A stretch of DNA of 64,000 bases from an uncultured Methylomirabilota bacterium (GTDB lineage Bacteria; Methylomirabilota; Methylomirabilia; Methylomirabilales; 2-02-FULL-66-22), in the NCBI GenBank assembly GCA_963705305.1, contig OY970067.1:4000001-4064000 (forward strand). Direction: 5' to 3'. A model generated the notes under the pieces. It did not search any database. It was not told the DNA's origin and saw only the letters and a list, made by a program, of their open reading frames with translations. This document shows, one piece after another, positions 40,212 to 49,025 of this stretch (the stretch's first letter is position 1; every line of letters begins with the position of its first letter). Made by a program: the position numbers and the translations under genes.

Positions 40212-40709
40212 GGCACTATGCCGGGCAAAGCAAGGAGAGGACGTCCAAGTGCTCGTGAATCAAGGATGCCGCCCATATCCGTCCGCACTGTCGCCCGGCA
40301 TAGGTTTCTTGGGATTACGGCTGGTTGAGGAGCGCCGGCAACTCGTCGCAAGCCCCATAGCGACTGGGCGTTCCGTCGGGTGGCGTGGTCTTGGCGAGGA
40401 TTTCCTCCTTGAGTGCGGGGTTGGCCTCGAGGTAGATCTGCGTGGTTTCGACCGATTCACCGTCTGCTGGGAGGAGCCTTCGGCGTGTATCTCAACCGCA
40501 AAGGCATCACTGTACGGACCCAGCGGGCCCTCATGCAGGCGCTGAACTGTTGGGGCATGTCTGGAGAGTGATGGGTCATGTGCCTCCGCCTTGTGGAATG
40601 GGTTACTCAGAGGAGACACCGAACTATGCCGGGCGTGCAACTCTGAAGCACGCCATGGATGGGACAACGCTCGCTCTACCCGGCATAGTCCGGAGGTCGG
40701 CATAGTGCC
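40212..40709 (-). mobile_element. Internally deleted RIT (recombinase-in-trio) element
   Basis: 12-bp IR GGCACTATGCCG/CGGCATAGTGCC, several CTATGCCG repeats; RitA-like N-terminus joined to a RitC-like C-terminus. Confidence 0.75.
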
Positions 40710-40876
40710 GGCTATGCTGGGGCCGGCATAGCAGGCAAACATTTGGCAAACAGGAGCCCCCAGAACAAGGCAAAATAGGCTTGGGCGGGCTGAAAGGCGA
40801 AATGCTTAACTCCTTGACAACAAAAGCCATTCTGAAATAGCCAGGAACGGAATTACTGTTTTGGCCTTGCCTTCTT

Positions 40877-42260
40877 TCAAGAAACTGTGCTACCGGCCGG
40901 AGTGGCCGGCACGAGCTGAAACCCGAGGGCCCGGGCCTGGGCGCGGAGCCGGGATTCGGTCCGGCGCCGGTGGTCGGATTCCGCAGCCGCCAGGCGGCTC
41001 TCGTCATAGGGCTCGTGGGTGGTCAGTAAGTGATAAATGATCCGCGCGAGCTTGTGGGCGGTGGCGGTGATCGCCTTGGGGGCCCCGAGCTTGGCGCGCA
41101 TCCGGCGGAAGAACACCCCGAGCACCGACGGGCTGCGGGACAGGCTCTGGGCGGCGAGCCGCAAGGCCTGCGCCACCCGGTGCTTGACGTGGCGCGTTTT
41201 CACGGACAGGATCTTCCCGCCGGAGATCCGATTATCGGGACAGAGGCCGAGCCACGAGGTGAAGTGGTCATTGGCAGGGAACGGGGACAGGTCGGCCCCG
41301 AGCTCCGTGAACAGGGTGGAGACCGTGGAGGTCTGCAGGCCGGGCACCTGCGTGAGGTCGGTCCCCAGGATCCGGTAGAGCTCGGTGCGGAGATCGAAGC
41401 CCGGAGGGACGGGGATGCCGCGCGGTGTGCGGCGAGACCCTTTGGAGGGTGGGAGCGGGTGCGTGGCGGGATCGATGGTGGAGGCGAACGTGCCGAGCCG
41501 CCGCTGGATCTCCGTCTCGCACTCCCCGATCAGGTGCTGGGCATGGCGGTAGGAGGCCAGCGCCTGGCGGAGCGTGAAGCGGGGCTCCGACCGGGAGTCC
41601 CCCACGAGCGCTTTCGCGATGGTTTCCGCGGAGGCCTTGACGCGGTGGTCGCGGTGGCCGGCCAGCACCTGGGGATCCCGCTCCCCCGCCAGGAGGGCGT
41701 CCAGGATGGCCAGGCCGGTGACGCCGGTGAGATCCGTGAGGACGTGGTGGAGCTGGAGGTTCATCTGGGTGAGCGCCTTCTGCATGTGCTGGGTGGGGGC
41801 CGCGGCGGCCTGCACCAGCCCGTCGCGGTGCCGGAGCAGGGTGCGCACAGCGCAGACCGCCTCGGGCGGCCGGAAGGAGGCGCGGAGGAGACCCACGGAG
41901 TGCAGGTACTGGAGCCACTGGCAGTCCTGGACGTCGCTCTTCCGCCCGGGGACGTGCTTGACGTGGCGCGCGTTCACCAGGCAGACCTCGAAGCCGCGGG
42001 TCTCCAGGATCTGGGAGAGCGGGATCCAGGACCACGCCCGTGGCCTCCATCGCGACCGCGGTGATCCCGCACTGCCGGAGCCAGTCCGCGAGGGCGTGCA
42101 GGTCCTCCGTGAAGGTCCCGAAGCGCCGGATGGGCTCGGGGTTCCGGTCGAGGGGCACGCAGGCGTAGATCTCGGTGGCCCCGAGGTCGATGCCCGCGGC
42201 GTGCGGCTGCAGGATCGGCATGGTGACGGGGCGGGTGGTGCGGGGCAGGCGTCTGGCCAT
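40877..42260 (-). pseudogene. IS110 DEDD recombinase, frameshifted near 42032
   Basis: AAGIDLG, AMEATGV in one frame; WIPL, KSDVQD, F.SWLGLCP...SGGK, TA.AHKLARI in the next. Confidence 0.92.
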
Positions 42261-42289
42261 GGGGGCTCCTCCAGGTGGGGGGTGAAGGC

Positions 42290-42500
42290 CAGAACCGGCA
42301 GGCGGCCCAGGTCGTGCCGAACGGCAGGTACTCTTTCAATCGGGATCACCACCCGACGGCGGACCCCCATCGGGGGCGTAACCAGTGACTTGCGCACGCG
42401 ACCTGGCACCACGCTTACAAACGGGCTGAACTCCTCGGCACCAGTCGTATCGGTCGGTGTATTGCTTGCCTCGGCCAGCCATGGTGCCGGTACGATACAG
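42290..42500 (-). ncRNA. Putative IS110 bridge RNA
   Basis: ~300-nt non-coding leader with two homologous ACTGGT...CCCG-N-TTG(T/A)AAG-N-GT units matching the two junctions; ends approximate. Confidence 0.65.
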
Positions 42501-42567
42501 GAGACGCACGCGCCAGGAAAGTCAGTTTCTTTTGTCATTGCCCCGGCCCACGCGGGCAGGGTCGCGG

Positions 42568-42612
42568 CTTACAAGCAGGGGGTCGGTGGTTCGAAACCAC
42601 CTTCGCCCACCA
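42568..42612 (+). tRNA. tRNA-Val(TAC) 3' fragment, second att copy
   Basis: Identical to 31067-31111. Confidence 0.9.
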
Positions 42613-42623
42613 CGGAACTCTGC

Positions 42624-42670
42624 GGAAACACACACCTCCAGAGAAGGTCACCCTGGAGGTGTGTGTTTCC
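42624..42670. terminator. 18-bp perfect hairpin after the tRNA-Val fragment
   Basis: GGAAACACACACCTCCAG-N11-CTGGAGGTGTGTGTTTCC. Confidence 0.7.
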
Positions 42671-42734
42671 AGATCGCTCCCAGTAAGCACGAGACTCCGA
42701 AATAGACGGCACTGCCCGAGATGAGGGCGAACGT

Positions 42735-43433
42735 ATGATGAACGTCCACGTCCTCCAGCACGTGCCCTTCGAGGGGCTCGGCAGCATCGCCCCGTGGCTC
42801 GAGGCGCGGTACGCTAGGATCACGATGACGTCGTTCTATGCCGATCCCAGCCTTCCGACCATGAGCGGACTTGATCTCGTCATCGCGCTGGGGGGACCGA
42901 TGAGCGTGAATGACGAGGCGGCCCTGCCCTGGCTCCGGGCCGAGAAGGCGTTTCTGCTCGAGGCGATCCGGCGCGGCGTCGCCGTCCTGGGCGTGTGCCT
43001 CGGGGCCCAGCTCATCGCGAGCGCCCTCGGCGCCCGCGTGTACCGGAACCCGGTCAAGGAGATCGGCTGGTTCCCGATCGAGCGCACCACCGGGGCCTCC
43101 GATGTCGTGCCACTTCCCTCCGGCCATCCCGTGTTCCACTGGCACGGCGAGACGTTCGACCTGCCCGCCGGCGCAGTGCACCTGGCGCGGACCGCGGCCT
43201 GCGCACACCAGGCGTTTCAGCTGGGGGCCAAGGTGGTCGCGTTGCAGTTCCACCTGGAGACGACCCCGGAGAGTGCGCGCGCGTTGGTCCACCACTGCCC
43301 GGAGGATCTCACCTCCGGTCCCTGCGTCCAATCCGGCACGGAGCTGCTGGCGGTTCCCCCGGACGTTTTTCGCCAAATCCACGCCGGCATGGATCAGGTG
43401 CTGGCCTATCTCGCCAAGCGATGGCAGCTGTAG
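42735..43433 (+). CDS. Type-1 glutamine amidotransferase
   Basis: QHVPFEG.G, LGGPMSV, LGVCLGAQ, WHGETF, QFHLE. Confidence 0.92.
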   Translation: MMNVHVLQHVPFEGLGSIAPWLEARYARITMTSFYADPSLPTMSGLDLVIALGGPMSVNDEAALPWLRAEKAFLLEAIRRGVAVLGVCLGAQLIASALGARVYRNPVKEIGWFPIERTTGASDVVPLPSGHPVFHWHGETFDLPAGAVHLARTAACAHQAFQLGAKVVALQFHLETTPESARALVHHCPEDLTSGPCVQSGTELLAVPPDVFRQIHAGMDQVLAYLAKRWQL

Positions 43434-43462
43434 GGGCGGGACAAGTGCAGAAGGGAGGTACC

Positions 43463-44161
43463 ATGACTGCAATCGCCTTGATCACGGGTGCGAACCACGG
43501 CATCAGGCTGGAGACTGCCCGCCAGTTAGCCGGGCGCGGCATCCACGTCGTCCTGGGGACGCGCAGGCGAGCGGAGGGTGAGCAGGCGGCGGCGCGGATC
43601 AAGCAGGAGGGCAGCACGGCGAGCGTGCTCACCATAGATGTGCAGGATTCGGCCAGCATCCACAGGGCGGCCCAGGCCTTCACGCGAATCGGAGAGCGCC
43701 TGGACGTCCTCGTGAATAATGCCGGCATCTACCCAGATAAGGGCGTCTCGATCCTGACGGTCTCCCGGGAACAGGTGACCACCACGCTCCAGACCAACAC
43801 GGTCGGTCCATTGATGGTCACCCAGGCGTTCGTGCCCCTCCTGAAGAAGGCCGCCCCGGCGCGGGTCATCAACGTCTCCAGCAGCTACGGGCAGCTCAGG
43901 GACCTCTCCCCGGAGGTCCCCAGCTACTGCCTGTCGAAGCTCGCGCTCAACGGGGTGACGATCCTGCTCGCGAAGGCCTTGGCAGGGGAGCGCATCGCCG
44001 TGAACTCCATGTGCCCCGGGTGGGTCCGCACGGACATGGGCGGGCCCACCGCGCCGCGCTCGGTGGCCGAGGGAGCGGACACGGCCGTCTGGCTGGCAAC
44101 CGAGGCATCCCAGGAGCTCACCGGTAAGTTCTTTCGCGATCGCCAGGAGATCCCCTGGTGA
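43463..44161 (+). CDS. Short-chain dehydrogenase/reductase (carbonyl reductase-like)
   Basis: TGANHGIR (last Gly changed to Arg), VNNAG, NVSS, YCLSK, CPGWVRTDMGG. Confidence 0.9.
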   Translation: MTAIALITGANHGIRLETARQLAGRGIHVVLGTRRRAEGEQAAARIKQEGSTASVLTIDVQDSASIHRAAQAFTRIGERLDVLVNNAGIYPDKGVSILTVSREQVTTTLQTNTVGPLMVTQAFVPLLKKAAPARVINVSSSYGQLRDLSPEVPSYCLSKLALNGVTILLAKALAGERIAVNSMCPGWVRTDMGGPTAPRSVAEGADTAVWLATEASQELTGKFFRDRQEIPW

Positions 44162-44190
44162 ATGCAGAGGTCGTGCGAGCACGTGATATA

Positions 44191-44249
44191 CGGGACTCAA
44201 AATCCCGCGAGGGTAACCTCATGAGGGTTCGATTCCCTCCCCCGGCACC
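44191..44249 (+). tRNA. tRNA-Leu(CAA) 3' fragment / pseudo-tRNA
   Basis: CGGGA-CTCAAAA-TCCCG, long variable arm, GAGGG-TTCGATT-CCCTC, CCCCGGCACC; no recognisable D arm. Confidence 0.8.
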
Positions 44250-44308
44250 CTAATTGTGCAATGGATGTCTGGGGTCAGAGGAGCCGAAGGGGCAAGCGGA
44301 AAATGCGC

Positions 44309-44348
44309 TTGACAAGGCCATCTAGGAAGAGTTAAAAGTGTCGACATT
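44309..44348 (+). promoter_or_regulatory. Sigma-70-type promoter with TGTCGACA palindrome
   Basis: TTGACA-N18-TAAAAG directly followed by TGTCGACA, upstream of gntR. Confidence 0.5.
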
Positions 44349-44389
44349 CATCAGTCGGAATCACACCTGTTGTTGCCGGGGGGTACCGG

Positions 44390-45244
44390 ATGAACGCCGT
44401 CACGAATCCTCCGAGGACAGCCTCTCGCGCAACAACCACGTCCCGGGCCTCTGACCCACCGATCCCGTATCGCACGATCGCCGAGCGCGTGGCCGACTGG
44501 ATGCGCCAGCGCATCCTCGGTCGAGAGCTTACGCCTGGCACGCTCCTGCGCGAGGCGCGGATCGCGCGGGAGTTGCAGACGAGCCGGGCACCAGTCCGCG
44601 AGGCGATCGGCCAACTCGTGCAAGAGGGGTGGGCGACCAAGCGGCCAAACCAGAGCGCCCGCATCATTGCTCCCAATGAAACCATGCTCCGAGAGGCGGC
44701 GACGCTGCGCAATGTGCTGGAAGGGTATGCGGCCACGCTGGCTCTAGACCGGCTCGACGAGGAAGCGTATCGCGCGCTCGCGGACATCGTGAACGGCATG
44801 CAACGCGCCATGGCAAAGGGGCAGTTTTCGCGCGCATTCGAGTTGGATTATGCCTTCCATGATGCCGTGATGCGCGCAGCTGGACACCGGATGCTCTACG
44901 AGATGTGGGCGCGGATGGGGATGCATGTCCGGCTCCTGATCTCGGGGACGAACGTCTTGGACCGCGACCTGCGCAGGACCGTGAATCTGCACCGGCGCCT
45001 TCTCACCGCATTTCGACGGCGAGATGTCGTGAGCGCGCGGCAGTTGATGGGGACCCCTCCCCAAGACTTCGAGGAGTTGGTGGCTCGCGTCGCCCCGGTC
45101 GCCGCGGGGCGGTGCAACGCCGGAAGGACGTCAGGTCGGGGTAATGCCGATGCGAGGAAAGGTGGACCGCAGGACGTGGCGGTGGCGGGCGCGCGGTACG
45201 CACGCTCCTCGCAAGGACCCGGGCGGAGGTGGCGGTCCCGCTAA
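44390..45244 (+). CDS. GntR (FadR/FCD) family regulator
   Basis: IARELQTSRAPVREAI, D.AFH. Confidence 0.85.
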   Translation: MNAVTNPPRTASRATTTSRASDPPIPYRTIAERVADWMRQRILGRELTPGTLLREARIARELQTSRAPVREAIGQLVQEGWATKRPNQSARIIAPNETMLREAATLRNVLEGYAATLALDRLDEEAYRALADIVNGMQRAMAKGQFSRAFELDYAFHDAVMRAAGHRMLYEMWARMGMHVRLLISGTNVLDRDLRRTVNLHRRLLTAFRRRDVVSARQLMGTPPQDFEELVARVAPVAAGRCNAGRTSGRGNADARKGGPQDVAVAGARYARSSQGPGRRWRSR

Positions 45245-45313
45245 ATCGGGAGCGCGAGGTGGACCACTTTCCATTTCCCGGGCCTTTGGACAACATTCGC
45301 AAGGAGACTGGCC

Positions 45314-46666
45314 GTGAATATCAGCGATGCCAAGTACGCCACCGAGCAATACCTCCGCCACATCATGCTGGATTACATGCAAATGACGGAGTTCGTGAAG
45401 GAGCCCTTCGTCGTCGCGAAGGCCGACGGCATTCGCTTCTGGGATGTCCACGGGAAGGAGTACCTGGACGGACTGGCCGGCATCTTCGTGGTGAATGTCG
45501 GGTACAATAACCCCCGAGTGCTCGAAGCGGTCCGGCGGCAACTCGAGACGTTACCGTTCAACCCCCCGATGCACGGCACGAACCCCCGGGCCATCGAGCT
45601 GGCCAACCTCCTGGCCGAGATCACGCCCGGCGACCTCCACACCGCGCGCCTGGTGGACAGTGGCTCCGAGGCGAACGAGGCCGCCTTCAAGATCGCCCGG
45701 CAGTACCATCGGCAGACGGGGAACCCCGGAAAATTCAAGATCCTCTCCCGTTACCTGAGTTACCATGGGGCCACCGGCTCCACGATGAGCGCCGGCGGGG
45801 TCGGCTATCGCAAGACCCTCTACGAGCCCGCGGCCATCGGCCACCTCCACACCTACCCGCCCTACTGCTACCGGTGCCCCTACGAGAAGACGTACCCCGC
45901 CTGCGAGGTCTTTTGCGCCCGCACGGTTCGGCAGCTGATCGAGTGGGAGGACCCCCGGTCGATCGCGGCGATCATCGTCGAGCCCATCAGCAACACTGGC
46001 GGGATCATCACCCCACCCTCGGAGTACCTGAAGATTCTCCGGCAGCTCTGCGACGAGCACCAGATCCTCCTCATCTTCGACGAGATCATCACCGGCTTCG
46101 GCCGGACGGGGGCTCTCTTCGCCGCCAACACCTTCGACGTGGTGCCGGACATCCTCTGCTGCGGGAAGGGTATGAGTAGCGGCTACGCCCCCTTGGCCGC
46201 CGCTATCCTCCGGGAGCCTGTGGCAGCGGCCTTCTGGGGGAAACCGGGAACCGAATTCGCCCACGGCCACACCTATGCGGGCAATCCGGTGGCCTGTGCC
46301 GCCGGCCTGGCCAGCATTCGGGAGATCCTCGAACGCAAGCTCCCGGAGAACGCGAAGCAGGTAGGGGCTCACCTCGTGCAGCGACTCGAAAAGCTCCGGC
46401 CCCTCGGGGTCGTCGGCGACATCCGAGGCAAGGGGCTCATGATCGGGGCGGAGCTGGTCAAGGATCCCGTGACGCGGACCCCCTTTGGAACCGAGGTGAA
46501 GTTCGGCCTGCGGGTGGGGCGGCGCTGCCTCGAGCGCGGCCTCCTGCTCCGCTACGATCCGCACTGGATCGCCTTCGGTCCGGCCCTCATCGTGACCGAG
46601 GCGGACATCGACCAGATGGTCGACATCCTGGAACAGAGCATTAAGGAGGTGCTGCGGGAGCTGTAA
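45314..46666 (+). CDS. Class-III PLP aminotransferase (omega-amino acid type)
   Basis: SGSEANE, SYHG, IFDEIITGFGRTG, GKGMSSGY.P, HGHTY. Confidence 0.93.
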   Translation: MNISDAKYATEQYLRHIMLDYMQMTEFVKEPFVVAKADGIRFWDVHGKEYLDGLAGIFVVNVGYNNPRVLEAVRRQLETLPFNPPMHGTNPRAIELANLLAEITPGDLHTARLVDSGSEANEAAFKIARQYHRQTGNPGKFKILSRYLSYHGATGSTMSAGGVGYRKTLYEPAAIGHLHTYPPYCYRCPYEKTYPACEVFCARTVRQLIEWEDPRSIAAIIVEPISNTGGIITPPSEYLKILRQLCDEHQILLIFDEIITGFGRTGALFAANTFDVVPDILCCGKGMSSGYAPLAAAILREPVAAAFWGKPGTEFAHGHTYAGNPVACAAGLASIREILERKLPENAKQVGAHLVQRLEKLRPLGVVGDIRGKGLMIGAELVKDPVTRTPFGTEVKFGLRVGRRCLERGLLLRYDPHWIAFGPALIVTEADIDQMVDILEQSIKEVLREL

Positions 46667-46696
46667 GAACCCCAGAGCGGAAAGGAGGAGCAGAGA

Positions 46697-47159
46697 ATGC
46701 CAGCCAATCGCGAGCGTGCCCTGGCCATCATGCGGGAGCACAACCTCGATGCCATCGTCACGATGATGCCGGAAAACATGACCTATCTGACAGATTTCCC
46801 GATGCTGCACGGCTGCCTGGCGGAGACGAAGGTCTATGTAGTCTTTCCGGCCGCCCTGGATCAGAAACCGAGTATCGTGATCCCGCGGAATTCAGTGGAC
46901 ATGCTGACGTCCTCCAGCTCCACCGTGGACGACATCTGGCTTCACGGGAATTTTTTCCTGTTCGAGTCCGAGGGAATGGATCCGACGACCCTGACCGAGG
47001 AGGAGCGGCGCCTGCGCGCAGCGCTCCGCAGCCCGCACACCCCGTCCGATCTGGATGCGCTGCGGGCCTGCCTGAAGGCCAAGGGTTTGGAGGCCGCGCG
47101 CATCGGGTTCGACGAGAAGTCGCTCCAGAGTCCGGATGTCTTTGAGCAGATCGCGGGCC
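46697..47159 (+). pseudogene. M24 peptidase/creatinase N-terminal domain truncated by IS3
   Basis: AAGGAGG RBS; R....M....LDAIV...PENM.YL.D, RIGFDE; runs into the IS left end. Confidence 0.7.
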
Positions 47160-47231
47160 TGACCTGCCCCCCGGAAATTGGTCCAGGGTTGATGTAGGAT
47201 AGGACCGATTTTCCAAGAGAGGAGGCAGGGC

Positions 47232-47510
47232 ATGCCACAGAAGCGCTTCACCCCAGAAGAGATCATCGGCAAGCTCCGCCACGCCGATGTCCTGCTTGGC
47301 CAGGGGAAGAAGCTGGCCGAGGTCGTCAAGGCCCTCGGCGTCAGCGACGTCACCGACTCCCGCTGGCGCCAGGAGTTCGGCGGCCTGTCCACCGCCCAGG
47401 CGAAGCGCCTGAAGGAGCTGGAGCGGGAGAACGGGCAGCTCCGGAAGGTGGTCGCCGATCTCACCCTTGACAAGCTGATCCTCCAGGAGGCCGCCACGGG
47501 AACCTGCTGA
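47232..47510 (+). CDS. IS3 transposase OrfA (degenerate)
   Basis: KRFTPEEII.KL, KRLKELEREN..L.K.VADL.LD. Confidence 0.85.
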   Translation: MPQKRFTPEEIIGKLRHADVLLGQGKKLAEVVKALGVSDVTDSRWRQEFGGLSTAQAKRLKELERENGQLRKVVADLTLDKLILQEAATGTC

Positions 47511-47515
47511 GCCCC

Positions 47516-48385
47516 TTGCGGCGGCGCCGGTGTGTCGCGGCGGTGTGCGGGGGGCTGGGGGTCTCCGAACGACGGGCCTGCCGCGTCCTGGGTCAGCACC
47601 GGGCGACGCAGCGGCATCAGCCGGTGCTGCGCCCCGACGAGGCCCCACTGACCGCCGCGATCGTGCAGCTGGCGACCCAGTACGGCCGGTACGGCTACCG
47701 GCGGATCACGGCGCTCTTGCGACAGGACGGGTGGACAGTGAATCCCAAGCGGGTGGAACGGCTCGGGCGGCTTGAGGGGTTGAAGGTGCCGCCCCGGCAA
47801 CCCAAGCGGGGCCGCCTGTGGCTCACCGACGGCTCGTGCGTGCGGCTCCGGCCCATGCACCGGAATCACGTCTGGGCGTATGACTTCCTGACGGACCGGA
47901 CCCACGCTGGAAAAGCGTTCCGGCTCCTCACGGTGCTGGACGAGTTCACCCGGGAGTGCCTGGCGATCGTGGTCGCCCGCCGGCTTACGGCGGGTGACGT
48001 CCTGGCCACTTTAACGCGGCTCTTCGTCGAGCGCGGGGTCCCGGAGCACCTCCGGTCGGATAACGGCCCGGCGCTCTGTGCCAAGGTGGTCCGAGGTTGG
48101 TTACATTGGCTGGGCGTACACACTCTGGTTCTCGAGCCGGGGAGCCCCTGGGAGCACGGTTACAACGAGTCCTTCAACGGGAAGCTCCGGGACGAGCTCC
48201 TGAATCGGGAGATCTTCTCCACGCTACAGGAGGCGCAGGTCCTGATCGAGCGATGGCGGCAGCACTACAACCGGATCCGGCCCCACAGCGCGCTGGGCTA
48301 CCGACCCCCAGCTCCCGAGACGCGGGCCTTCCCCACGCTGTCCCCGCCGCCAGTCCCCGGGCTGGCATTAGGAGCTTTGAACTAA
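47516..48385 (+). CDS. IS3 transposase OrfB (rve, degenerate)
   Basis: YGYRRI, VWAYDF, DEFTRE, RSDNG, ESFNGKLRDE, YN..RPHSALGY. Confidence 0.88.
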   Translation: MRRRRCVAAVCGGLGVSERRACRVLGQHRATQRHQPVLRPDEAPLTAAIVQLATQYGRYGYRRITALLRQDGWTVNPKRVERLGRLEGLKVPPRQPKRGRLWLTDGSCVRLRPMHRNHVWAYDFLTDRTHAGKAFRLLTVLDEFTRECLAIVVARRLTAGDVLATLTRLFVERGVPEHLRSDNGPALCAKVVRGWLHWLGVHTLVLEPGSPWEHGYNESFNGKLRDELLNREIFSTLQEAQVLIERWRQHYNRIRPHSALGYRPPAPETRAFPTLSPPPVPGLALGALN

Positions 48386-49025
48386 CATGCGGGTGGACCA
48401 ATCAGTGGGGGCAGGCCAAGGTATGGGGATGACCTCGCGTGAACGTATGCTGGCGGCTTTATCCCATCGGCAGCCCGATCGGGCTCCGCTGGACCTCGGC
48501 GGGACAAGAAACTCCACGATGGTATTGGAAGGCTACGAGCGGATTAAGGCACATTTCCTCATCTCGGCGCCGTCCGTGATAACCGAGCGGATGATGCAGG
48601 TGGTGGAGATCGATGAGGGGGTCCTCACTCTCCTGGGGATCGATACCCGGGCGGTTTTCCCGAGCGGGACGACGCGGGGGCTAGCGGCCGACCTTGGACC
48701 ATGCCGGTATCGCGACATGTGGGGCGTAGAACGAGTCCAGCCCGAAGGAAGCCACTATTGCGATCTGGTGCTCTCACCCCTCTCGGGAGACGTGACGGAC
48801 GACGGCATCCTGAAATACCCCTGGCCGGATCCCGACGACCCCGGATTCACTGCCGGCCCGAAGGATCGCGTGGGCTGGATCCGGGAGCACACACAGGCTG
48901 CGTCGGTCCTGGCGCTCCCATCCGCCTTCGTTCACATCAGCCAGTACCTGCGCAGCTTCGAGGACTGGTTTTGCGATTTCGTCGCGAACCCGAAACGGCT
49001 GAATATCCTCTTTGACGCCATCCTA

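Larger units (their letters stand above)
40874..42567 (-). mobile_element. IS110-family element inserted at the tRNA-Val att site
   Basis: Flanks TTGCCTT | CTTACAAGCAGG; subterminal IR AAGAAACTG/CAGTTTCTT; boundary uncertain by 3 nt (CTT). Confidence 0.85.
31112..42612. mobile_element. Genomic island bounded by tRNA-Val 3' direct repeats
   Basis: Identical 45 bp at 31067-31111 and 42568-42612; integrase remnant and arm-like repeats at the ends. Confidence 0.7.
47160..48418 (+). mobile_element. IS3-family (IS407-like) element
   Basis: IRs TGACCTGCCCCCC..TGGTCCA / TGGACCA..GGGGGCAGGCCA; orfA plus orfB; no direct repeat. Confidence 0.9.

Noticed and set aside
40620..40735. CGGCATAG repeats as a CRISPR array
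   Set aside because: Short, mixed orientation and irregular spacing; explained by RIT end sites
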